Source of the DNA: a virus | DNA length: 51,347 nt | Direction: 5' to 3' (one strand) | UHGV virus genome: UHGV-0208865 | In this document: positions 37,544 to 44,836 of the stretch, piece by piece | Position numbering within the stretch: the stretch's first letter is position 1 | How the letters are laid out: every line of letters starts with the position of its first letter | Program-made: the position numbers and the translations under genes | Notes under the pieces: model-generated | Seen by the model: the letters and a program-made list of their open reading frames with translations, nothing else | What the model was told of the DNA's origin: nothing | Databases searched by the model: none

Positions 37544-37574
37544 CTCGCGCGTACGCAGCTACGCGAGCGTTTTT
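37544..37574 (+). terminator. GC hairpin plus T5, a terminator-like element for rightward transcription
   Basis: CTCGCGCGTA-cgcagc-TACGCGAG-cg-TTTTT. Confidence 0.4.
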
Positions 37575-37731
37575 AACTTTATTAATATATAAATAATAAT
37601 GATAATATAATAATAAAAAAATTAAGTATAGATATAGATAGTTACTAATAATGTTTATTAATGGTTGATATTACACGTTAATAAATTAGTTATTGTGTGT
37701 AAATAATATTCTTAGTACGTAGAAAAAATAG
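37575..37731. other. AT-rich island (about 160 bp, over 85% A+T) in a genome that looks GC-rich on inspection; candidate DNA unwinding element
   Basis: ttattaatatataaataataatgataatataataataaaaaaattaagtatagatatagatag... Confidence 0.6.
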
Positions 37732-37808
37732 GGGGGACTACGCGAGGCGAAAATTAGGGGCCGTTGGTTGTGTTGGTTGCTTGCAGTTGATGCTAGTTCG
37801 TTGCAGTT

Positions 37809-37826
37809 GGTTGGTTGGTTGGTTGG
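37809..37826 (+). repeat. (GGTT)4GG tract, a two-tetrad G-quadruplex motif
   Basis: ggttggttggttggttgg. Confidence 0.5.
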
Positions 37827-37855
37827 TAAGGCAGGGGTAAGCTAGGTTAGGTGAG

Positions 37856-37918
37856 GGGTAGTTAAGTTAGGTAAGCCTAAGTTAGGGGGAGGGTAGTTAA
37901 GTTAGGTATACCTAAGTT
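37856..37918. repeat. Two 28-bp direct repeats (35-bp period), each containing a TTAGGTA..CCTAA palindrome. Copy 2 has the perfect palindrome TTAGGTATACCTAA. Iteron/operator candidates.
   Basis: gggtagttaagttaggtaagcctaagtt / gggtagttaagttaggtatacctaagtt. Confidence 0.6.
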
Positions 37919-38218
37919 TTGTTAATGGGTTTGGGTCCGGGGTTAGGGTGGGTATGTTGTGATGCGCGTCTCAAAATTGGGTATGGGTTTGGGTCGGGTA
38001 TGCGTTAGGGGATATGGGGCCGATGGTTGGTAGGACGCGGGGAGTGTGCTTGACAGGCGGGTGATTCGGGGCGTTTTTGAGGCAACTAAAAAATCAAATG
38101 CTTAGTAAGTGTAAAGATGGAGTGGGGTGTCATACCAGTTTGTGTATCTGGGATGTACTGGCACATACCCGTTTGTGCATACCCCTCAATAGAGTGGGTC
38201 AGATCACACGCTATCTTG

Positions 38219-38247
38219 TTGACTTTAACCGTCTATCCTTCTATGCT
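38219..38247 (+). promoter_or_regulatory. Rightward promoter candidate (TTGACT-17-TATGCT) for the operon starting at 38281
   Basis: TTGACT 38219-38224, TATGCT 38242-38247. Upstream direct repeats CATACC(A/C)GTTTGTG at 38133 and 38164. Confidence 0.5.
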
Positions 38248-38280
38248 TAAAACATTAACACCAAACGCAAAGGAGAAATC

Positions 38281-38520
38281 ATGGACGACCTACTGAACAC
38301 TAAGTTTTGTATCTCAACAGGCCATTGGATCACTTACGAGTGCCTACTTGATACCGGCACCGTCGTACACTTGCAAAAGCCCAGCAATAAAGTATGGATG
38401 CTCAACCACGACAAGCAGTGGGTGAACTGCAATGGTGAAAGCATCACAATCGAAGATATGCTGCAACGCATTGAACAACCCAACCAGGTTGTCGAAGTTA
38501 TCTACAGCCCTCACGTCTAA
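38281..38520 (+). CDS. Hypothetical protein
   Basis: RBS CAAAGGAGAAATC-ATG. Confidence 0.5.
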   Translation: MDDLLNTKFCISTGHWITYECLLDTGTVVHLQKPSNKVWMLNHDKQWVNCNGESITIEDMLQRIEQPNQVVEVIYSPHV

Positions 38521-38534
38521 CGCAAAGGAGAACA

Positions 38535-38846
38535 ATGGACATTCAGAAGATGATTAACGATGCTGTCGAAGAGTTCCGTAAGAAGCTCGAAAAGGAGTTC
38601 ACTGAGCCGACAGGCACACAGTTTGAGTGCATTGACAACAACGGCGAACTGTTTGTTGCAGACGCTAAAGAGCTGAACACAGGAACACTCATCATCGTTG
38701 AAAACTGGGAGGTGTTTCGTATCCTAGATACGTTCGAGCAGAAGCCGTGGATTACATACATTGGAGAGGCATTCACTCATGAGCAGTTCGCTGAGCTTAT
38801 GCGTAAGCAGTTTGTCAAGCCGAAGATCGTTCACGTGGGGATGTGA
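38535..38846 (+). CDS. Hypothetical protein
   Basis: RBS CAAAGGAGAACA-ATG. Confidence 0.5.
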   Translation: MDIQKMINDAVEEFRKKLEKEFTEPTGTQFECIDNNGELFVADAKELNTGTLIIVENWEVFRILDTFEQKPWITYIGEAFTHEQFAELMRKQFVKPKIVHVGM

Positions 38847-38851
38847 CGTAG

Positions 38852-39052
38852 ATGATACCTGGGGTTATTTACTGTTTCCTGGCTCTTCTGTGGGCCGGTG
38901 CAGGGTTTATACTCGGCTACTGTCGGCATGATTGCCGAGACATCCTCAGTAGGCCCGTGTCGTTCCTGATGGGACTCGCTACCTTTTGCGCGCTAGTTGA
39001 GTGCGTCTTGCTCATGAGTATCGGTGTCGCAATGATCGCGGGGTACCACTAA
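38852..39052 (+). CDS. Small membrane protein
   Basis: 66 aa, two hydrophobic helices. Confidence 0.4.
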   Translation: MIPGVIYCFLALLWAGAGFILGYCRHDCRDILSRPVSFLMGLATFCALVECVLLMSIGVAMIAGYH

Positions 39053-39315
39053 TGAAGAAACATACGACACAGCTACGCTTGTTTACAGCTAGCGGGTGGA
39101 AGTTCTACTGCGACAGCCTTTACGAGTTCGCTCCTGGGACTGTCCTGCATGTGAAGGGCACTATCTGGCTGATAGTTCACAATGACGGTCAATGGGGTGC
39201 AGTAAGCAAAGAGAATAAGCCTACAACACTGCTGCATCTGGAAGAGCTTATTCGTAAGGAAGGTTTCGGAGTTGTCGTTTATATTCCAGACGATGCTGAT
39301 GAACACAGTGCTTAA
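39052..39315 (+). CDS. Hypothetical protein (start trimmed to ATG 39052)
   Basis: TAATG overlap with the upstream stop. Confidence 0.4.
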   Translation: MKKHTTQLRLFTASGWKFYCDSLYEFAPGTVLHVKGTIWLIVHNDGQWGAVSKENKPTTLLHLEELIRKEGFGVVVYIPDDADEHSA

Positions 39316-39368
39316 TACGAACTTATGCACGACAGGCATAAGTACTGATAGTAAGGAAGGAAACGAAA

Positions 39369-39722
39369 ATGCAGACGATTGAAGAAACGCTGGCGGGGTA
39401 CACTGAGGCGTACTCTGAGCTAGAAGAGGCTCTTTTTGCAGTTAACACCGCAAAGGTTGGTATGCAAAAAGTGCTGCACAACAACGAGGAACCTTTTAAG
39501 CTGAACGATCAGAGTGGTAAGTTCACAGGCACCGTGATCACTACACCTGAAGATGTGCGCGACATGTTTGCCGGGTCCATCATCGTTATCGGTGGTGTCG
39601 AGTGGATGCTGCGGAACGACGGCTGGGTGAGTGGCTATGGTGGTAATCGTACTCATGATGAGATGTTTGTAAGTATTCTGCGCCACCTTGATCATGTGTT
39701 CCTGCTTCATAAGGCTTACTGA
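39369..39722 (+). CDS. Hypothetical protein
   Basis: RBS AAGGAAGGAAACGAAA-ATG. Confidence 0.45.
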   Translation: MQTIEETLAGYTEAYSELEEALFAVNTAKVGMQKVLHNNEEPFKLNDQSGKFTGTVITTPEDVRDMFAGSIIVIGGVEWMLRNDGWVSGYGGNRTHDEMFVSILRHLDHVFLLHKAY

Positions 39723-39844
39723 TGGTTTGGTGCGATATTTGTGCAGAAAAGCCATATATGGCTAATGACTGCGATTACTGCGCCGAAACACCCAACTGCT
39801 TGTGTTGGTACTGTGGTAACAGTGGTGCGCCGTGGCTAAGCTAA
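39722..39844 (+). CDS. Small Cys-rich protein (40 aa; zinc-ribbon-like CxxC...CxxC...CxC..C)
   Basis: Hand-translated MVWCDICAEKPYMANDCDYCAETPNCLCWYCGNSGAPWLS. Confidence 0.35.
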   Translation: MVWCDICAEKPYMANDCDYCAETPNCLCWYCGNSGAPWLS

Positions 39845-40125
39845 CAAGACACGAGTGGGATTTTGAGTTCTCACCTTGGGGTATCCATAGGTTGTGCTAC
39901 GACTTGACTTTTAACCATCGTTTTGCTGTTCTACAGGAGTTGAGAAATGCTTGGAACGAGTCGGAGCCGTTTGAGGTAGAAGTCGAAATACCCCTAAAAG
40001 AGCACCCCCATACCCATGTTCTAACCGTCGCGGTTGATCCCACTACTCAACAGGTTACTATTGAAAGGAGAATTGGTAATGAGCGTTTTGCATCTTGTCC
40101 TGACTGTCGTCTGGGCCGGTGTTAG
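39832..40125 (+). CDS. Hypothetical protein (C-terminal CPDC pair)
   Basis: ORF track. GTG start. Confidence 0.35.
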   Translation: MAKLTRHEWDFEFSPWGIHRLCYDLTFNHRFAVLQELRNAWNESEPFEVEVEIPLKEHPHTHVLTVAVDPTTQQVTIERRIGNERFASCPDCRLGRC

Positions 40126-40267
40126 TGTTGCTTTCGCATTACTTGCACGGTTCAAGCATAAGTTGGATATGGGCTTTAGAATCTGGCCCGATGTTTTGGC
40201 CTCCGTTAGTGCCTGTATTGTCTCAATTTGCTACATCGTGCAGATTGCATTGGAGGTAGCAGCATAA
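40079..40267 (+). CDS. Small membrane protein (trimmed to ATG 40079)
   Basis: RBS GAAAGGAGAATTGGTA-ATG. Confidence 0.4.
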   Translation: MSVLHLVLTVVWAGVSVAFALLARFKHKLDMGFRIWPDVLASVSACIVSICYIVQIALEVAA

Positions 40268-40443
40268 TGTTTACTATTGCGCAAATTGTTATCGTTTGTG
40301 CGTGGTTCGCTATGTGGGCTGTTAACTCGAAGATGTTTCGTAATGAGCCGAAGCGGGACCAAAACCACATGATTAACGCTATGTTGGACACTGGCTGCGT
40401 CATTCTTCTTATTAGCCTTCTTGTGAGGTTTGTGGAATCATGA
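40267..40443 (+). CDS. Small membrane protein (58 aa)
   Basis: MFTIAQIVIVCAWFAMWAV... Confidence 0.35.
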   Translation: MFTIAQIVIVCAWFAMWAVNSKMFRNEPKRDQNHMINAMLDTGCVILLISLLVRFVES

Positions 40444-40973
40444 GGCACCCTATTGAATCGGCAGCGTGGTTCTTCCGCAGAGGTGAGTTAGTCCTTGGCA
40501 ATGATGTGCTGAAGGATGAGTACGGTGTCGAGTACAAGCACCCCTCGCAGGCAGAGTACTACGCAATCTATAGAGACCACTCGGATGCGCGGGCAATTAA
40601 CGAGTCGTTGAAGAGTATTGCTGAGATGTATGGTTGCCTGACGTGCCTAGCATCTGACGCATACACAGGCCAGCTCACGATTGTCGGTGAAGAAGACACG
40701 ATCAGTCTTCTGAAGTACGTGTGGAGGGTCGCCCTCTCAGATGAGTATGGCTACGATGCCAAGCTGAAGAAACGTGTGTTGGATGCCAATATTCAGGGAG
40801 CTGTCGAGTACAGGAAGTGGGCCGATGACTACATCTTAGGGTTCTTTGAGGGTGCTGTTGGCAATCCTGATGCAGAGCATCTTCCAGGGTTTAGTAAGCA
40901 TCCACGTATTCTCGGTATGCTCGATGGTTTTGACAGCATAAACCATTATGAAAGAAAGGACACAAAATGCTAG
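40440..40973 (+). CDS. Hypothetical protein
   Basis: ORF track. Confidence 0.45.
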   Translation: MRHPIESAAWFFRRGELVLGNDVLKDEYGVEYKHPSQAEYYAIYRDHSDARAINESLKSIAEMYGCLTCLASDAYTGQLTIVGEEDTISLLKYVWRVALSDEYGYDAKLKKRVLDANIQGAVEYRKWADDYILGFFEGAVGNPDAEHLPGFSKHPRILGMLDGFDSINHYERKDTKC

Positions 40974-41470
40974 TGACAGTTGATACTGAACATATTGATC
41001 TGGTTCATAACACGGAGGTGCTTGAGGCTGCTCTGGATGAACTTCCTGCCGGTTGGATTGTTGACCTTGAGTTTTTCAAGGAAGGCACATTCAGCTTTGT
41101 GAAGACCTACGACGGGCGGTTTATCCCTTCCGACGATGATTTCTGCTGCGAAGATCAAGCAGATTTTGTTTGCACTATCCAGGGCAATAACCACTTGAAG
41201 AAGGAGGCAATGTCTGTCGCTTTCCGTCAACCAGAGATCAACGACATTGCCGAGCGACACAACAATGCGCTGCAAAAGTGCCGTGATGCTGTGAACGGTG
41301 AGACGGTTCTGGACGGACGGTTCATCAAGTACCGTAACTTCTTCCTTGATACGGAGAACGATCTCAAACCCATTGGTTTGCTGGCTGTTGCGAACAACAT
41401 CCTCTTGAAGGAATATCAAGACGACCATAGCTTTATGAGCCTGTTTACGAAGAAGGGAGATGAGAAGTAG
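40967..41470 (+). CDS. Hypothetical protein
   Basis: ORF track. Confidence 0.45.
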   Translation: MLVTVDTEHIDLVHNTEVLEAALDELPAGWIVDLEFFKEGTFSFVKTYDGRFIPSDDDFCCEDQADFVCTIQGNNHLKKEAMSVAFRQPEINDIAERHNNALQKCRDAVNGETVLDGRFIKYRNFFLDTENDLKPIGLLAVANNILLKEYQDDHSFMSLFTKKGDEK

Positions 41471-41646
41471 TGTTGACTTTTGCTGTTGGGCTACTTATCC
41501 TCGGCTTTGCAGTGGCACTTCTCGGGATGATGCTCGATGAGGTCTACAATTGGGGCGCTAAGGTCGTTGCGGCTGGCACGATTATGATCTGCGTGTCTCT
41601 TGCTTGCCTTGCTGGTTGTGTCTTTTACTATGGTGTTCACGTCTAA
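41470..41646 (+). CDS. Small membrane protein (58 aa, GTG start)
   Basis: Hand-translated hydrophobic ORF VLTFAVGLLILGFAVALLGMMLDE... Confidence 0.3.
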   Translation: MLTFAVGLLILGFAVALLGMMLDEVYNWGAKVVAAGTIMICVSLACLAGCVFYYGVHV

Positions 41647-41652
41647 GGAGAA

Positions 41653-42063
41653 ATGATGAAGAAGAGTAAGATTTTTGCACCTGTCGTTGCTATTGCTGCG
41701 GCGCTTTCACTGGCTGCGTGTAACGCGGCTGATACGGCTTCACGCAACATCAGCTACGAGAGTGACAACTTCAAGGTGATGCGACGCATTGTGTTCGTCA
41801 ATGGCATCACCGATAAGTATCTTCTGTCGATTGAGGGTTTGTGCTCGATCACGAAGGACAAGGAAGACAACCAGCTGGAAGTCACCTGCAAGACGGGCGA
41901 CAGTGAGTACAAGAAGCACTATCTGGGTATCTCGGATAATGTGACGTACTTCGTGGAGCAGATGGACGGCTCTGATGTTGATACATTCCACTACAAGGTT
42001 GCGTTCCGTCCTGAAACTCTTTTGCCGGATATCGACCTTCAGACGAGCGGAGATGAGAACTGA
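41653..42063 (+). CDS. Lipoprotein (signal peptide with an LAAC lipobox)
   Basis: MMKKSKIFAPVVAIAAALSLAAC-NAAD. RBS TAAGGAGAAATG. Confidence 0.55.
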   Translation: MMKKSKIFAPVVAIAAALSLAACNAADTASRNISYESDNFKVMRRIVFVNGITDKYLLSIEGLCSITKDKEDNQLEVTCKTGDSEYKKHYLGISDNVTYFVEQMDGSDVDTFHYKVAFRPETLLPDIDLQTSGDEN

Positions 42064-42281
42064 TGATTGAACCTGCTGAGGAAATCTACGTGATTTTCAA
42101 TAAGAAGACAGGCAGCATCAAGACTGGTAGTGGCCGTAAGTACAAGATCGTCCACGCCTACCTGTCTGAGAAGATGGGTTGGGGTGGCATTGGCCGTATT
42201 GGTCAGTTCGTATGTGATGAGAAGGATGACTACGCGGTTGCGAAGTACCATCTTGTTGAAGCAAAGGAGAATCGAGAATGA
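42063..42281 (+). CDS. Hypothetical protein
   Basis: ORF track. Confidence 0.4.
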   Translation: MIEPAEEIYVIFNKKTGSIKTGSGRKYKIVHAYLSEKMGWGGIGRIGQFVCDEKDDYAVAKYHLVEAKENRE

Positions 42282-42496
42282 TTATCAATTTCAGTGAGTT
42301 GACTATTCCGTTCCATCGGCTTTCACCCGGAGCTGTGCTGATTAGTCCTGATGACGTTCGTTATCTAAAGTCCATCGGTGAAGACATGGAAGACTACTGG
42401 GTCCACGCGAAGGACTTGTGGACTAATCAAGCACACTCTGATGAAGAGTTGAAAAAGGAGATTGGAGACGGCGAAGGATGGAAGGTGCTACCGTGA
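42278..42496 (+). CDS. Hypothetical protein
   Basis: ORF track. Confidence 0.4.
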   Translation: MIINFSELTIPFHRLSPGAVLISPDDVRYLKSIGEDMEDYWVHAKDLWTNQAHSDEELKKEIGDGEGWKVLP

Positions 42497-42729
42497 TTGA
42501 TGGAATCAAGTACGTCGGTGATAGTAGGTTCATCATCACTAATAGTAAGCTGATGGAGCTGCTAGAGAAAAGCATTGCTTACGAAGTCTGTGACTGGGTG
42601 AACGGTGATAATTGGGACGGTTGGAAGTTGACTTCTGACGCTCTCGATGACATGTATCCCGGCAAGGGTGAAACCCCTTATGATGTCGCTGACTCGTTGG
42701 CAGGTCAGATTACGGAGGTGGAAGTGTGA
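42478..42729 (+). CDS. Hypothetical protein
   Basis: ORF track. Confidence 0.4.
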   Translation: MEGATVIDGIKYVGDSRFIITNSKLMELLEKSIAYEVCDWVNGDNWDGWKLTSDALDDMYPGKGETPYDVADSLAGQITEVEV

Positions 42730-42875
42730 CTATTGCTTGGCTTGTATTCTGTGCGTTTGTCGCTGCCCTCATCTTTGTTGCTCGTATTAAGGACTTGTGT
42801 AGCGAGTGGGACTTCTATGCACTCATGATGCTTACCATTCTTGCTGCTTTGAGTCCAATTTATTGGCAATCATGA
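42726..42875 (+). CDS. Small membrane protein (49 aa, GTG start)
   Basis: Hand-translated VTIAWLVFCAFVAALIFVARIKDLCSEWDFYALMMLTILAALSPIYWQS. Confidence 0.3.
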   Translation: MTIAWLVFCAFVAALIFVARIKDLCSEWDFYALMMLTILAALSPIYWQS

Positions 42876-42960
42876 GCCACATCACACTCAACTAGAGTTG
42901 CACACTCTCTTGTTGATGTGCTAGACTGGTCATTACCAGTTGATGGATCTCTGATCCGAT

Positions 42961-43001
42961 AAAACCCCTGTGCTTGGCTTGAGGCACAGGGGTTTTATTT
43001 T
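42961..43001 (+). terminator. Rho-independent terminator
   Basis: AAAACCCCTGTGC...GCACAGGGGTTTTATTTTG. Confidence 0.65.
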
Positions 43002-43040
43002 GTCCCCACGATGATGTGGTACATGTCACGCTGTTACTTG

Positions 43041-43073
43041 TTGACAGGTGTGGGCAGAGCACATTAGTATAAA
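43041..43073 (+). promoter_or_regulatory. Promoter candidate TTGACA-18-TAGTAT(AAA)
   Basis: Read directly from the sequence. Confidence 0.5.
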
Positions 43074-43099
43074 TACATCAGCAATTGAAAGGAGAACAA

Positions 43100-43255
43100 A
43101 ATGATTACTGGACTTGTAGGTACTGTGTTTGATACCGACGAGCCTCCCTTTGTTAGCATCAGCGCTGACGTGATGCTTGATGGTGATGAACACTGTGTCA
43201 ATATTTACTGGTACCCAGAAACGGATAAAGTTTTTGTGGAGAGGCAGGACTGATG
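43100..43255 (+). CDS. Small hypothetical protein (51 aa)
   Basis: RBS GAAAGGAGAACAAA-ATG. Confidence 0.4.
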
Positions 43256-43433
43256 CGAGCACGGGTGACTAAGGACTGCTATTGCTATACCTGTGATAGG
43301 GAGTTTAACTACCTGGGTATTGCGAGCCATAGGGCTTCACATCGACGTAAGCGTGAAGATTGCATCATCGAGTTTACGTACGGAAACATCGGTCATTGGA
43401 AATATTCTGAACTGAAAGAAGGAGAAGAGTAAT
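43255..43433 (+). CDS. Small Cys/His-containing protein (59 aa; CYCYTC...H..H)
   Basis: Hand-translated MRARVTKDCYCYTCDREFNYLGIASHRASHRRKREDCIIEF... Confidence 0.35.
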
Positions 43434-43617
43434 GAACAGCGGTGAACTGCAATTCGTAAAGGCTATTTACACAGTTGCTAAGAAGTGCTACAACGATAGC
43501 ATTGAACCTCTGCACCCTTGCGAACGACCCGGCGAGAGGGAAGACAAGGATTGGTTCAAGGTGAAGTCATACGCTGAAGCGCTGATCGAACTTAGTAAGG
43601 AGGAAAATAATGGCTAA
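43432..43617 (+). CDS. Hypothetical protein
   Basis: ORF track. RBS GAAGGAGAAGAGTA-ATG. Confidence 0.4.
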   Translation: MNSGELQFVKAIYTVAKKCYNDSIEPLHPCERPGEREDKDWFKVKSYAEALIELSKEENNG

Positions 43618-43957
43618 CAACGAGTTTACTAAGCTCTACAACGAAACACAGACGAACTACATGAAGCTGCGTAATATGCCTATTACTAAGCTAAAGGTGT
43701 GGTTCGTTGAGGCAAATGGGCTGGGAAATGTTGGCGACGTTTGTTCTTGTGGGGACTTCGCAGCTATCACAGACCGAGGCAGTGTCGTTATCTCGGGTAC
43801 TCTTGGCCCATTCCTGAAGGTCAATGACGGTTACTGGGTTCGTACTGCCCCAGCAGTCCCTAAGAAGCTGTGGAGCGATCTCGACCTTGTTAATGAACTC
43901 ATCAACGAGTACGAGGATAACGACTATATCGCTACTGTCATCGACCCTGGTATGTGA
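43610..43957 (+). CDS. Hypothetical protein
   Basis: ORF track. Confidence 0.45.
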   Translation: MANNEFTKLYNETQTNYMKLRNMPITKLKVWFVEANGLGNVGDVCSCGDFAAITDRGSVVISGTLGPFLKVNDGYWVRTAPAVPKKLWSDLDLVNELINEYEDNDYIATVIDPGM

Positions 43958-44172
43958 TGATGCAGTTCGAGTCAATCAAGTCCCCTACTGACCTTGAGAA
44001 CTACCCTCTGGGCACTGTTCTCGGTGGGTCGCTGGAAACCTACGTGCGTACTTCGAGTGGTTGGTGTGCGTGTACCTTGGAAGAGTTCTACACGAGCACT
44101 CAGCTTTTCGGGTTTCTGCCTGTCGGCATGATGACGGGTAGCCGTCGTGTGGCCGTGTACTACAAGCCGTGA
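43954..44172 (+). CDS. Hypothetical protein
   Basis: ORF track. Confidence 0.4.
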   Translation: MMMQFESIKSPTDLENYPLGTVLGGSLETYVRTSSGWCACTLEEFYTSTQLFGFLPVGMMTGSRRVAVYYKP

Positions 44173-44193
44173 CACGCATCACTTAGTATGGTG

Positions 44194-44223
44194 TTGACAG
44201 CTTAGAAACGGTGACTCTATACT
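44194..44223 (+). promoter_or_regulatory. Promoter candidate TTGACA-18-TATACT upstream of the tRNA cluster
   Basis: Read directly from the sequence. Confidence 0.5.
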
Positions 44224-44298
44224 AAACCCATCACAACTGAATAGCCTCTAGGGATTGTTATTCAACTACAACAGTCGCTTCGCCAACCTAGAGGCACA

Positions 44299-44383
44299 CC
44301 CCTTGTGGCGGAATAGGCAGACGCGCTCGACTCAAAATCGAGTTCCGAAAGGAGTGTGAGTTCGATTCTCACCGAGGGGACCA
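44299..44383 (+). tRNA. tRNA-Leu (anticodon CAA), type II with a long variable arm, CCA encoded
   Basis: Hand fold. Acceptor CCCCTTG/CGAGGGG, anticodon stem CTCGA/TCGAG with loop CTCAAAA, T-arm GTGAG-TTCGATT-CTCAC, 3' ACCA. Confidence 0.65.
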
Positions 44384-44547
44384 CCAAGCACCGGACGATG
44401 CTGGATGATTAGGCCATAGCCGCCTGCCGCTCTGATCAAGCGGACGTGCCGGTTGCCGTGACGGGGGTCACGTGCGGGGTAGCACCCTAGGACTGACAAT
44501 TTTTGTGTGATGGTTTTTGTTTCGTCAGTCAACAGCACCCCTTCTAA

Positions 44548-44620
44548 CGGAATGTAGCGCAGTAGGTAGCGCACCTGGTTTGGGACCAGGGGGTCGTGAG
44601 TTCGAGTCTCACCATTCCGA
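44548..44620 (+). tRNA. tRNA-Pro (anticodon TGG)
   Basis: Hand fold. Acceptor CGGAATG/CATTCCG, D-arm GCGC-agtaggta-GCGC, anticodon stem CCTGG/CCAGG with loop TTTGGGA, T-arm GTGAG-TTCGAGT-CTCAC. Confidence 0.7.
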
Positions 44621-44677
44621 CGTTGCACATGTGTAACACCTAGTTCCCAGGTGTCCTCCGGGACTACCTGGGTTTAA

Positions 44678-44748
44678 TCCCAGATAGTGTAATGGTAGCA
44701 TGGCAGGTTTTGGCCCTGTCGGACTAGGTTCGAGTCCTAGTCTGGGAG
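44678..44748 (+). tRNA. tRNA-Gln (anticodon TTG) candidate
   Basis: Hand fold. Acceptor TCCCAGA/TCTGGGA, anticodon stem GCAGG/CCTGT with loop TTTTGGC, T-arm CTAGG-TTCGAGT-CCTAG. The D-stem is weak. Confidence 0.5.
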
Positions 44749-44836
44749 CGCTTGACGATGAGGTTGCTCGATAGCACAAAGTGTCTCGACCAAGACACCC
44801 TCATCGAACGGCTGGGTTGCCCTGGTCAGGTAACAA

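Noticed and set aside
37856-37918. CRISPR-like direct repeats
   Set aside because: Only two repeat copies separated by 7 nt. No array and no cas genes. Treated as iterons/operators.
44390-44547. Possible additional tRNA between tRNA-Leu and tRNA-Pro (an anticodon-arm-like CCGCT-ctgatca-AGCGG hairpin)
   Set aside because: There is no T-loop (GTTCRA) or acceptor pairing. The segment folds only into isolated hairpins. It is reported as a structured spacer instead.
44332-44628. 98-aa minus-strand ORF spanning the tRNA cluster
   Set aside because: It overlaps two confidently folded tRNAs and the structured spacer. No RBS.
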